From Chloroflexia bacterium (GTDB lineage: Bacteria; Chloroflexota; Chloroflexia; QHBQ01; JADMIH01): DNA of 64,000 nucleotides. Below, one piece after another: positions 9,328 through 18,516 of this stretch. The stretch's first letter is position 1, and each line of letters opens with the position of its first letter. The notes under the pieces were generated by a model that was not told the origin of the DNA, ran no database searches, and saw nothing but the letters and a program-made list of their open reading frames with translations. The stretch covers positions 20,599 through 84,598 of the forward strand of contig DATINP010000180.1 in assembly GCA_035474135.1 (NCBI GenBank). Direction: 5' to 3'. A program made the translations under genes and the position numbers.

Positions 9328-11016
9328 ATGTCGACAACCACCAATTCCTCAACTACCCCATCGGCAGATGATCACCGGTCGTCTTACTATATCGTGGGTG
9401 GCTTGGCGGTTGCTTGCGCGCTTGTATTCCTCTTCGCGGGGATGCGGCACAATCAATCGGTCTCGTTTCCGGTTGATGATGGCTTTATATACAGCAATTA
9501 TGTGCTTGGCGCCTCGACGGGCCACCCGTTCGATTATAACCCGGGCGAAGCTAGCGGCGGTATAACCGGCCTGGGCTGGTTATTGCTATGCACAGTTACG
9601 TACTGGCTGCTGATCCCCTTCCACGCTTTATTAGGCGGGTTGGCACCGCCTGAAGTGCAGGCGGTTAGCGCCGACCTGGCCCAACAGACGGGCCATTTGC
9701 TACTCGCGGCCTATATACCGGCCGTGGCGTGCTTTGCCTTCACGGTAATGGGCGTATACCGCCTGGCTCTGCTCACCCTCCCCCTATCCGCGCGCAATCC
9801 GCGCTCCCGCAACTTTATGGCTGTGATCATAGCTTTTGCAGTGGCGGGCGACATCACGCTAGTGTGGGGCACCCTCTCCGGCCTTGAAGTGCCTCTGTCG
9901 CTGGTGCTCTCAGTGTGGGCGGTGGTATTCTTGCTGATCGAATACAAACAGGGCGCTCTGCGGTGGTCTTTACTGTTCGTGGCGCTGCTGCCGTGGGCGC
10001 GGCCCGACCTGCTGGCTATCAGCGGCGCGGCCTTCGCCTGGCTGCTACTGCGCTCCGTGTTCGAGGCTGGGCAACAGGGGCGTACTGCCGCACTTCGTAA
10101 TGTTGGTCTCTACGCGGCTGCTATCGTGCTGGGGCTCGCGGCCATGAGTTCAATCTACTTCGTGGGTTGGGGGCGGCCCCTGCCTGCGTCCTTCTACGCC
10201 AAGGTGCGTAGCCTGCGTTTCGGAGATGACATGTTTACGGCCATGCGCCAGCTGCTGTTGGGCGGGCGAGACTTTCCGATTATCGCGGGCGTGGTGGCAC
10301 TGGCGGGTGGCCTCGTGCAGATTGTATTGCCTCCTCGCTCTCCGGACAAGGAGAAAGGTGGCGAGGACTTTTGGAACACGCTGCTGGTGCTTCTTGTAGG
10401 GGTGGTGTATCTGCTGGCGATCATGCTCACTCTCTCGTGGTTCGGGCAAGAAGAGCGGTACACGATGCCACTGCACCCGTTCGGCATTGTGCTCATTGGT
10501 TTGCTGGTGTGGCGCCTGCTTGATCTGCTGCCGGTTGACCGGGTGTTTGCCCTTCCGGTCGTGCAGCCCCTCGCCCTGGCGGCTATTGGGCTGGTGCTAC
10601 TGGCGACCGACTACGTGTGGGCGACCAGGCAGTACGTGGTAGAGGTGCGTAATATCCGAGATGCGCACATTATCCCTGCACTTTGGATCAGCGCCAATGT
10701 GCCTGCCGGCGATCTTGTCGCCTCAGAACCCATAGGCGCGATCCGGCTGTTTTCGGGCCACCGGACGTTCGATATAGTAGGTCTGACCAGTCCGGCTGCC
10801 CTCGGTACCTATCGGGACTGGCCGCGCTCCTGGGAGATGCTACACGCTCAGGCTCCCGACTATTTTCTTTACTACCCATCCCTTTATCCGGGCGGCGCTC
10901 CACCCGCGTGGGCGACAGATGTACAGCAGTTCCCCGTGCCGGACAACCGCATTGCAGGGGCAGACCTGATCGCAGTGTACAAGTTCGACTGGTCAAAGTA
11001 TACGCCCGGCCCCTAG
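9328..11016 (+). CDS. Polytopic integral membrane protein, possibly a GT-C-fold glycosyltransferase-like protein.
   Basis: More than 12 hydrophobic segments and an N-terminal periplasmic-side VDDGFIY motif. There is no clear family signature. Confidence 0.4.
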   Translation: MSTTTNSSTTPSADDHRSSYYIVGGLAVACALVFLFAGMRHNQSVSFPVDDGFIYSNYVLGASTGHPFDYNPGEASGGITGLGWLLLCTVTYWLLIPFHALLGGLAPPEVQAVSADLAQQTGHLLLAAYIPAVACFAFTVMGVYRLALLTLPLSARNPRSRNFMAVIIAFAVAGDITLVWGTLSGLEVPLSLVLSVWAVVFLLIEYKQGALRWSLLFVALLPWARPDLLAISGAAFAWLLLRSVFEAGQQGRTAALRNVGLYAAAIVLGLAAMSSIYFVGWGRPLPASFYAKVRSLRFGDDMFTAMRQLLLGGRDFPIIAGVVALAGGLVQIVLPPRSPDKEKGGEDFWNTLLVLLVGVVYLLAIMLTLSWFGQEERYTMPLHPFGIVLIGLLVWRLLDLLPVDRVFALPVVQPLALAAIGLVLLATDYVWATRQYVVEVRNIRDAHIIPALWISANVPAGDLVASEPIGAIRLFSGHRTFDIVGLTSPAALGTYRDWPRSWEMLHAQAPDYFLYYPSLYPGGAPPAWATDVQQFPVPDNRIAGADLIAVYKFDWSKYTPGP

Positions 11017-11136
11017 CGAGTGGCGCGTTTTAGGGGCGCATCCATTACTTCTGTCGCCTCTATACATGAACGATATTCCCATTGCATCCACCTGTTTCAT
11101 GGCCTATAGTCTTATTGAGGTGTATAATCGGGTACT

Positions 11137-12006
11137 TTGCCCGGAGAATCTTGGCGGCATGGAGCCGCAGTTGCTCTGCGGGCATCTTTTAGGGGCATTG
11201 ACTTGCAATTGGTTTACTCGTTACTCATAGTTCTAGTGGGGCTTCTGGTGGGCTTCATGGTTAATGTCGTTTCTACAAGGCTCGCAGCGCACCGCCCAAT
11301 GTTTGGTCCCTTGCACTGCACACGTTCTCCCCACGGCCTGACCATCATCCAGGCGCTACCCATAGTAGGCTACGTACTGCAAGGTGGCAAATGCTCAACA
11401 TGCCACAAGAAGATCAGCATCTCCTACCCGCTGGTGGAGGGCGCGACGGCTTTGCTATTTCTGCTGTCCTACCAGTTCGATGGCTTCGGTGTTCCTTTCC
11501 TGTTCCATGCGGTCTACGTGGCACTGCTTATGTTGGTGCTGGTGATTGACTGGAAACATCGCGACATCTACTTCCTGGTTATTGCGGCAGGCTGCGTAAT
11601 TGCTCTGGTGGGGAGCCTGCTTTTGCCCGGCCTGGATATTTGGTCTGAACTGCTGGGTGCCGGCGTGGCCGGTGCGTTCTTTTTGCTTGCTTATATCGCG
11701 GCCAAGCTGATCTTCCCCAAAATCGAGGAACCTTTGGGTGCGGGCGATGTATTGCTTGCACTGATGATGGGGTTGATGTTGGGGTGGCCCAATATTGTGG
11801 GCGCATTGCTGATCGGTCCGTTGATTGCCGGTGCGGTAGCGATCCTGCTGTTGGTGTCGCGCCGGAACAAGATGGGCGACTTTATGCCCTATGGGGTGTC
11901 CCTCTGCGCTGCTGCTATCCTGTTCCTGGTCTATCCCCAACCCTTCGCCGACGCGCTTCACCTGCCCAACCTTTCCTATATCGTTTCCAATCTGTTCACG
12001 CCCTGA
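11137..12006 (+). CDS. pilD: Prepilin (type IV leader) peptidase, A24 family.
   Basis: N-terminal Cys tetrad (C...C...CSTC), a catalytic Asp-containing GAGDV motif, and a multi-TM topology. The true start is probably downstream of the listed M (TTG/GTG start). Confidence 0.7.
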   Translation: MPGESWRHGAAVALRASFRGIDLQLVYSLLIVLVGLLVGFMVNVVSTRLAAHRPMFGPLHCTRSPHGLTIIQALPIVGYVLQGGKCSTCHKKISISYPLVEGATALLFLLSYQFDGFGVPFLFHAVYVALLMLVLVIDWKHRDIYFLVIAAGCVIALVGSLLLPGLDIWSELLGAGVAGAFFLLAYIAAKLIFPKIEEPLGAGDVLLALMMGLMLGWPNIVGALLIGPLIAGAVAILLLVSRRNKMGDFMPYGVSLCAAAILFLVYPQPFADALHLPNLSYIVSNLFTP

Positions 12007-12070
12007 AGTAGGTCGCGTCGCCGGTCGTAAGTCGAACTACGCGCACCGTATGGCTCGCGAGGTCGCGGGC

Positions 12071-12099
12071 TTGACGCCCCACGCCTGCTATCGTATACT
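12071..12099 (+). promoter_or_regulatory. Sigma70-like promoter: TTGACG, 17 bp spacer, TATACT.
   Basis: ttgacg at 12071-12076, tatact at 12094-12099, with a 17-nt spacer. It is upstream of the ORF at 12196. Confidence 0.35.
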
Positions 12100-12195
12100 C
12101 GATCAGAATAGAGTATATTCTCTAGCCCTGGGATCACCGTGGCTCACGCACCGTATTTCCATTTCACATGACCTTCTAAGGACTAAGAAATAGCT

Positions 12196-13335
12196 ATGGC
12201 ATCACAAACTTGCCCAAACTGTGGGTGGCTAAATCGTGCCACCAATCGCTTCTGCTCTAACTGTGGCGCTTCTATGGTGCCCTCAACCGACGGACCGACA
12301 ACTGAGGACACTGGGCAACCAACCTCCAATCCTGCCGGTTCTGCGGGCGTGTCAGGCCCAGCGACTCCGGACGCAACTACCCAACCTGTTACCTACGTTG
12401 TACAGCGATGGAACACTCCTACGCCCGATAGTGACGCGCTCGCGGAGGCGGCAGCTACCGCCGCGCCCTCGTCCTCAGGGTTCATCCCGCCTGTGCCTTC
12501 TTCCCAGGGTTCTAACGTGCCGATTGCGCCCCCGCCCGTACCTCCGTACTCGTCCACTGGCGCAGACACCACTGTTTTCGGCATGGGAGCTACGGGTTCC
12601 TCAGTGCCTTCGACTACACAACCTGACAGCGCTCGGAATTCCGGCGGGGCTTACGTGCCCTACTCTACGGAGGCTGCCCAGCAATTGCAGGCAGGCACGC
12701 CGAAACGTTCGTGGCTAATTCCCACTATTGCCGTTGGCGCCCTGGCGCTTCTCGTGCTGGTGGGCATAAGCGGCTTCCTGATCCTCAACGGGGCCAAACA
12801 GCCAGGTTCGTCCTCGTCCGGCTTGATTGCGCCCGGCACGACATCTCCGTCGAACACAGGATCCGCCCTCAAGACAGGCTGCACAGGACTGGCTAGCCAG
12901 ACCGGCAATTCGGACGATAATACGGCGCTTAAGGCCACCGTCTGCCAGAGCAATGATGAACAGATCAAGGCATGGCGTAGCCTGGACACCGAAGTACTGA
13001 AAAACACGCGTACAGGACAGGCATTGCAGGAGAACATCCAGGCTGTCCAGGAACTCCAGTCCAAGAAGATGTACGCCCTGCCTGCCAATGTTAGCATCGA
13101 CTTTGGCAAAGTAACAGTCAGCGGCGACACAGCCACTGTCGAAACGACGGAGGTTTGGTCCGTTACTTTCTTCAACTCATCGGACGGCAAGGCGTTGCAA
13201 ACACAAGGCCCGGACAAGTTGCAAGAGCTATATCACTTCGTCAAGCAAAACGGCAAATGGCTCATACAGTCGGTCGATATCACGGCGACTGATGCTCCCA
13301 CGCCCACCCTACCACCAGGCTCGAACAACGCTTGA
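12196..13335 (+). CDS. Membrane protein with an N-terminal zinc ribbon, a Pro/Ser/Thr-rich linker, one TM segment and an extracytoplasmic domain.
   Basis: N-terminal CPNCG...CSNCG. The low-complexity linker is PT-rich. The TM segment is IAVGALALLVLVGISGFLIL. Confidence 0.5.
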   Translation: MASQTCPNCGWLNRATNRFCSNCGASMVPSTDGPTTEDTGQPTSNPAGSAGVSGPATPDATTQPVTYVVQRWNTPTPDSDALAEAAATAAPSSSGFIPPVPSSQGSNVPIAPPPVPPYSSTGADTTVFGMGATGSSVPSTTQPDSARNSGGAYVPYSTEAAQQLQAGTPKRSWLIPTIAVGALALLVLVGISGFLILNGAKQPGSSSSGLIAPGTTSPSNTGSALKTGCTGLASQTGNSDDNTALKATVCQSNDEQIKAWRSLDTEVLKNTRTGQALQENIQAVQELQSKKMYALPANVSIDFGKVTVSGDTATVETTEVWSVTFFNSSDGKALQTQGPDKLQELYHFVKQNGKWLIQSVDITATDAPTPTLPPGSNNA

Positions 13336-13405
13336 ACCATAATTTACGATCGTGAAAACCTGGGTCTTCAACGTTTAGTACTTGAAAGCGGGATGTAACA
13401 AGAAG

Positions 13406-13440
13406 AAAGGGGTGGCCTGTAAAATCAGGCCACCCCTTTT
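13406..13440. terminator. Bidirectional rho-independent terminator hairpin.
   Basis: aaaggggtggcctg-taaaat-caggccacccctttt is a perfect 14-bp stem flanked by an A-run and a T-run. It sits between the convergent genes ending at 13335 and 13465. Confidence 0.6.
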
Positions 13441-13464
13441 GTATTCATATCTTACGCGGTTCGC

Positions 13465-15144
13465 CTACCTGGCGGCAGCCGCCTTGCGTCCGGCGCGCCT
13501 TAGGAACCAACCCGCGAGCAACATTAGCACCGACGCCGCGCCAAGCCACACCGGCAGGCTTGAAGGACCCGCGCCTGTGACGGGATTGACCCTGGGGGGT
13601 GAGCCGTCAACAGTTGATGGCTTGCCTCCGCTTGCATTACCCTTCGTTGAGCCATTGCCACTTGTCGCGTCAACCACCCCGCCGCCGTCGTTGCTGCTAT
13701 TAGGAGGCAGTACCTGTGCGGGTGGGGGCGCGGAAGTCGGGGCCGGTGTCGGCTTTAGCACGGTTGGGGCGGGCGTAGGCTTTTGAGGGGTTACACCGGG
13801 CTTCACATCAGAATCGCCCTTACTCTTATTTGATGTAGCCGTGGCTACAGGGACCGCGTGCGATGGCACCCCTGTTGGAATGAGCACTACGCCACTTGGC
13901 ACAGCCACTGGTACCAGAGCCGTGGACTGGGCCGGAGGCGCCGCCCCAGCGACAGTAGTACTTACGCCTTGCGGAACCGCAGGAGTAGCATTCGTGTTGG
14001 CGGTGCTCAGAGGAGGAGGCCCACCGTTTGGCGAATCGCCTGCATTACTACCGCCAGACCGTGGCGTAGCCGTTGCTGTATCTGCGGGCAGCACTGGCCC
14101 TTCTACAACGCTCTCAGGTTGAGCCGCGTTTGGTTGGGCAATAGCGCTCTCATTGCCTTGCGTGCCGTTCGGCTGGTCGCCACCTTGTGGGGCGTCTGCC
14201 TGCGATGTCGCCTGAGGCGCTTCGGTAGGAGGCGGTGCAGGTGTATCTGTGGCAAGCGGTGTAGCAGATGCCGTGGGGGTATCGGTAGCTATTGGTGTTG
14301 GGCTGATCTTCGGGCGCGCAGTTGGCGTAGGAGATGCGTCTTGTTGCGCGAGCGTAGCTGTTGCCTTGGGTTGCCCGGTGCCGCCGCCCTTCGTGGAAGG
14401 AGCGGTGGTATAGGTGGGTGGCACGAGACCTGGGGTATCAGTGGGCGCAATAGGCGTGGCGCTGGCGGTTGGTGCGGTCTGGCTGGTGGGGCTGGCCTCG
14501 GGACCTCCGGTGCCGCTCGCCCACAAGAGCACTTGCCCTGTGGCATTGCTGAACAGCGTGCCGTAAGGAAGATACACGGTAATGCTGTTGATGCCCGTAT
14601 TGGTCACGAGCAACGTACCATTACCCAATGCAGGGTTCTGCGTCGACGGAGTAAGGGTCAGGGGGGCGATAGTCGCCTGTCCACTCTGAACCACGGTCAA
14701 GAGATTACGACCATCGGGGTTCCAACTGGGGGTGCCGGGTGAACTGGCCGCTGCGTCCACGATGCGTTGGGCAATTGTGTGGTCTCCGGCAGGCCAGGCA
14801 TTGTTTTGCATCCACCATACCGCCAGGGCTACCTGGTCAGGTTCTGTTGCGGTATAGCCCCAATCAATGCCGTAGAAAAGAGCCGTGCGTACGGCATCAG
14901 GAGCGAGAGATTGTATGGCCAGGTCCAGCGTGCCTGTAGGCAGGGCGGCTCCGGGTTGCAGCGCGATGCCGCTCACTTCGATACTGCCAGTACTGCCTGC
15001 CGGAATTGTAACTGACCACCCGGGCACAGCGCCAAGGGGGGCTGCCAGGGCGGAAGATGAAAATAAGCCTGCAATACCAACGAAAAGGATAGCGCAAGCC
15101 GCCAACAAGCGTAGAGTACGACGGAGAAACCGGGGCTTATACAA
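13465..15144 (-). CDS. Secreted protein with a long Pro/Thr/Ala-rich low-complexity region and a C-terminal hydrophobic anchor followed by a basic tail.
   Basis: Signal peptide. A folded domain of about 200 aa is followed by an extensive PT-rich region. The C-terminus is LPVWLGAASVLMLLAGWFLRRAGRKAAAAR. Confidence 0.5.
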   Translation of the reverse strand: MYKPRFLRRTLRLLAACAILFVGIAGLFSSSALAAPLGAVPGWSVTIPAGSTGSIEVSGIALQPGAALPTGTLDLAIQSLAPDAVRTALFYGIDWGYTATEPDQVALAVWWMQNNAWPAGDHTIAQRIVDAAASSPGTPSWNPDGRNLLTVVQSGQATIAPLTLTPSTQNPALGNGTLLVTNTGINSITVYLPYGTLFSNATGQVLLWASGTGGPEASPTSQTAPTASATPIAPTDTPGLVPPTYTTAPSTKGGGTGQPKATATLAQQDASPTPTARPKISPTPIATDTPTASATPLATDTPAPPPTEAPQATSQADAPQGGDQPNGTQGNESAIAQPNAAQPESVVEGPVLPADTATATPRSGGSNAGDSPNGGPPPLSTANTNATPAVPQGVSTTVAGAAPPAQSTALVPVAVPSGVVLIPTGVPSHAVPVATATSNKSKGDSDVKPGVTPQKPTPAPTVLKPTPAPTSAPPPAQVLPPNSSNDGGGVVDATSGNGSTKGNASGGKPSTVDGSPPRVNPVTGAGPSSLPVWLGAASVLMLLAGWFLRRAGRKAAAAR

Positions 15145-15245
15145 CGGGTATCCTACCTTTCACGAACCGAATAACGCCAATTGAGTATACACGCGCGGCC
15201 GACGATTTGCAAGCAATTCATGTTGCAGGGCGTCCCAGGCCCTAT

Positions 15246-15274
15246 TTGCTTGCAACGTCGGGGTACGGTATAAT
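15246..15274 (+). promoter_or_regulatory. Strong sigma70-like promoter: TTGCTT, 17 bp spacer, TATAAT. The -35 overlaps an inverted repeat.
   Basis: ttgctt at 15246-15251 and tataat at 15269-15274. The inverted repeat ttgcaagcaa ... ttgcttgcaa at about 15207-15256 flanks or overlaps the -35. Confidence 0.4.
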
Positions 15275-15293
15275 ATAAGGCTGAGGTTCATTT

Positions 15294-16355
15294 TTGCAGC
15301 AGAATGCTGTGTTACTTTGCTCGCCTGGGGGTGTTTCTTTGTTTGATGTGAACTTGCCTGAAATTACACGCGATCCGAATGGCTCGAACGAACCGAATTA
15401 CAGTCGTTACCGGATCGAACCGCTCCAGCCCGGCTGGGGTACTACGCTGGGCGCAAGCCTGCGTCGAATCATGATTTCTTCATTGCATGGAGCCGCCGTC
15501 ACGGGTCTCCGTCTGGCCGAACTACCTGATGATCCGAATGAGATACCGGGTATCCGCGAGAACTTGATCGACTTGGTACTCAATGTGAAACAATTGCGCT
15601 TTCGCATTTCGGAAGACATGGCTTTGGCCGACGAAAATACTCAGATGCACGTCTACCTCAATTACCCCAACACCGAGGCAGGCGACATTACCGCCGAAAG
15701 CCTGGAAGTGCCTGAGGGGTTAGAGATTATCAACCCCGAAACGCTGATCGCCGAGGCCACGGGTGATGGCACGCCTTTCCAGCTGGATTTGCTGGTCCAA
15801 ACGGGCATTGGATATGAGACCGCCGAGGCTCGTATCGAAGTGCCGGACGATATGATCCCCGTGGACGCCATGTATACGCCCATTCCCCGCGTCAGTTATG
15901 TAGTAGAGCGTACCCGCGTGGGTCAGATGACTGACTATGATCGTCTTCTGCTGGAGATATGGACCGACGGCACCATTGATCCTGACGACGCCGTAAGCCA
16001 GGCCGCACGCATCCTCACCCAGTACGCGACCGCGGTAGCCGGGTATGGCCGTGATATCGCCGACTTGGGTATCGACGAGCCGGTGGCCCCCGTGGAAGAC
16101 GACACGAATCGGTCGATCGAGGTGCTGAACCTCAGCATGAGAACCACCAACGCCCTGAAGCGTGCCAATATCACTACGATAGGCCAGATTCTCTCGCTGA
16201 GTGACAACGACCTGCTCCACCTGCGCAACTTCGGCACCAAATCGCTTGACGAGCTGAAGGATGCGCTCGCCGCGAATGGCTACGCAATCCGGTCCGACGA
16301 ATCAGCCGAGGACATCGACGAGGACGTATCGGACGACGAGGACGCCGAACTCTAA
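15294..16355 (+). CDS. rpoA: DNA-directed RNA polymerase alpha subunit (complete NTD and CTD) with an acidic C-terminal tail.
   Basis: IEPLQPGWGTTLGASLRRIMISSL matches the conserved alpha-NTD motif ([22 protein letters not shown]). There is a helix-hairpin-helix alphaCTD (RTTNALKRANITTIGQIL). The tail is DESAEDIDEDVSDDEDAEL. The listed start is TTG and the true start is uncertain. Confidence 0.85.
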   Translation: MQQNAVLLCSPGGVSLFDVNLPEITRDPNGSNEPNYSRYRIEPLQPGWGTTLGASLRRIMISSLHGAAVTGLRLAELPDDPNEIPGIRENLIDLVLNVKQLRFRISEDMALADENTQMHVYLNYPNTEAGDITAESLEVPEGLEIINPETLIAEATGDGTPFQLDLLVQTGIGYETAEARIEVPDDMIPVDAMYTPIPRVSYVVERTRVGQMTDYDRLLLEIWTDGTIDPDDAVSQAARILTQYATAVAGYGRDIADLGIDEPVAPVEDDTNRSIEVLNLSMRTTNALKRANITTIGQILSLSDNDLLHLRNFGTKSLDELKDALAANGYAIRSDESAEDIDEDVSDDEDAEL

Positions 16356-17680
16356 TCCCCTCGCGCATGATCGGGCACGCGTGTCAGGATGAGTGCCGCG
16401 ATTATCATACAGGTTGCCGCCATTATAAACACTCCCCTGTAGGATTGGGTGGCGTCGATAAGCAGGCCGGCGGCGAATGCCCCCAGTGGCTGTGCGACCG
16501 ACCAAACCATATTGGCATAGCCCATAAATGCTCCGGCCCGGTTCTTTGGAACCAGGTCGGCCAGCATGGAGAGATTGAGCGCAGTGGGCGCGGCGTTTCC
16601 CACTCCGATCATAACTATCACTGGGATCGCTTGCCAGATATTGTGTACCTGCGACCCGGCAAGCGCGGCGATCGCGAACAGGCCAAGAGCGGGTTGCAGA
16701 ACGCGCTTCCGTCCCCACCTGTCGGCCAGCCACCCCCATGCAAGTGCCCCTATTGGCGTTGAGATTACCAGCACCAGCAGCAATATGAAGGAGTCTTTCT
16801 CCGACACGCCCAGTTCCACCACGCCGAAGCGCGTAATGAACGGCGCAGCCGCCCCTGCCCCCAGCCAGTAGACTGCTATTGCCAGCACGTAGACCGCCAG
16901 CGGCTTCTGAGACAGGAGCGCCTTGACCAGAGACCCTGCTTTCGCGTGCTCGCTCGTATGCGCAGGCTGGGTGCGGGGCTCGCGCACACCGAAGGCCACC
17001 AGGACGAGTGATAACAACACCACTATCGCAGTGATCACAAATACCCACCCGCGCGCCGTATCCCACAGCGTTATCGAAAGTAGTGTGAAAATAAGCGCGC
17101 CACCTACCCCGGCGATGGCTATCCAGCTTCCCATCCGGCCGCGCTGTGAATAGGGGGTGATGTCGGCCAGGAGCGTTGAATACGGCCCGACTGCGATGAA
17201 CAGAAAAACGCCTGTTAGCGTGACCGCCGCCACCATGATCCAGAATGGCGGTTGAATGGCCAGCACAGCGAGGCAAGCAGCCGTGCCTATCCCCCCGACC
17301 AGCAGGAAGGGGCTTCGCTTACCAAGCCTGTTGTGTGTGCGATCGCTCAGGTGGCCGATAAGAGGCTGTATCAGCCCGCCGAATAGTGAGCGCTCGTTCG
17401 TAAGTAAGCCCACGATCGCGGCAGGCACCGGTCCACCCGGATTGAGAAACGCTGGCAAACCCAGGGGCATCGTGTAAGCAAGCAAGAACAGGGGCAGCGC
17501 GTTGTTCATCATCGTGAACACCAGCCCACCCGCCACACCGCCCACCGCATAGAAAAATATTTGCAGGGGGCTTAGAGGGGCAATACGGCGTTCCGGCCCC
17601 TGTTGTTCTTCAAGGCCCTCCGCTTCAAGTTCTCGCGCAAGTTCCTCTCCCGCGAGCAGTGTTTCTTCTTCGGTCTGCAC
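16352..17680 (-). CDS. MFS transporter.
   Basis: 12 predicted TM segments and the MFS signature GRLSDRxGRK-like motifs (GHLSDRTHNRLGKR; ADRWGRKR). Confidence 0.8.
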   Translation of the reverse strand: MQTEEETLLAGEELARELEAEGLEEQQGPERRIAPLSPLQIFFYAVGGVAGGLVFTMMNNALPLFLLAYTMPLGLPAFLNPGGPVPAAIVGLLTNERSLFGGLIQPLIGHLSDRTHNRLGKRSPFLLVGGIGTAACLAVLAIQPPFWIMVAAVTLTGVFLFIAVGPYSTLLADITPYSQRGRMGSWIAIAGVGGALIFTLLSITLWDTARGWVFVITAIVVLLSLVLVAFGVREPRTQPAHTSEHAKAGSLVKALLSQKPLAVYVLAIAVYWLGAGAAAPFITRFGVVELGVSEKDSFILLLVLVISTPIGALAWGWLADRWGRKRVLQPALGLFAIAALAGSQVHNIWQAIPVIVMIGVGNAAPTALNLSMLADLVPKNRAGAFMGYANMVWSVAQPLGAFAAGLLIDATQSYRGVFIMAATCMIIAALILTRVPDHARGD

Positions 17681-17769
17681 GAAGAAAGTATACCGTATTG
17701 CTGGAGGATGGACGACCGATGTCTGGAGAACTAGCTGACGTCGTCAGTCGTCTGCTGTCAGTCGTCCGT

Positions 17770-18516
17770 CTATCTGTACTTGCCTCGTATCCCGTTAATC
17801 CTGATCTTGGCGAGGCCAAGCAGAGCGCGGGAGGCGTCACGCGCGATACGTACCTTTGTGCCCGTCTCGTCGTGCCAGTGGACGGGCACCTCTTTGATGC
17901 GTAGGTGGTGCTTTTGGGCTATGAATAGCACTTCGGCATCAAAGCTCCAATCGTCAATGACCGACCGCGAAAACAACGTCTGGGCCGCGTCGTGTGTGAA
18001 GCACTTGAAACCGCAGGTAATATCCGAAATGCCCCGAGTAGCGATCCTGTTGGTCAGCCAGGTGAAGACCTTGCCCATGCTTTCACGCCAAAGTGGCTGG
18101 TGCTTCTCCAGCACGGCGCCCGCCATCTTGCGCGACCCAATGACCACGTCGAACCCGGCCTCGAACCACGGCCAGAACTTCCCGATTTCGGCGGGGGGAG
18201 TGGACAGGTCGGCATCAGTGAACAGCACGTATTCCCCGCGAGCGGCCAGCATGCCCACCTTCAACGCGTGCCCCTTGCCTCGGTTTGGCCTCGACTCGAT
18301 CACGTTCACGTCTGTTCCGTCGCCCAGTATCCGGCGAGCCATTTGTGCCGTATCATCACTGGAGCCGTCGTCCACCACCACGAACTCCACGCTGTAATCC
18401 TGCCCACGGAAGAAATCGGCAAGCAGGGGGAGAGTGTGCCGCATGCGTCGGGTTTCGTTGTACATGGGCACAACGATCGACAGTTTCGGCGGTGTGTTCG
18501 CATGCGCGTCGGTCAT
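17770..18516 (-). CDS. GT2 family glycosyltransferase (dolichyl/polyprenyl-phosphate sugar synthase-like).
   Basis: LSIVVPMYNE, VVDDGSSD (DXD-type) and TDADL motifs typical of GT2. 248 aa. Confidence 0.8.
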   Translation of the reverse strand: MTDAHANTPPKLSIVVPMYNETRRMRHTLPLLADFFRGQDYSVEFVVVDDGSSDDTAQMARRILGDGTDVNVIESRPNRGKGHALKVGMLAARGEYVLFTDADLSTPPAEIGKFWPWFEAGFDVVIGSRKMAGAVLEKHQPLWRESMGKVFTWLTNRIATRGISDITCGFKCFTHDAAQTLFSRSVIDDWSFDAEVLFIAQKHHLRIKEVPVHWHDETGTKVRIARDASRALLGLAKIRINGIRGKYR

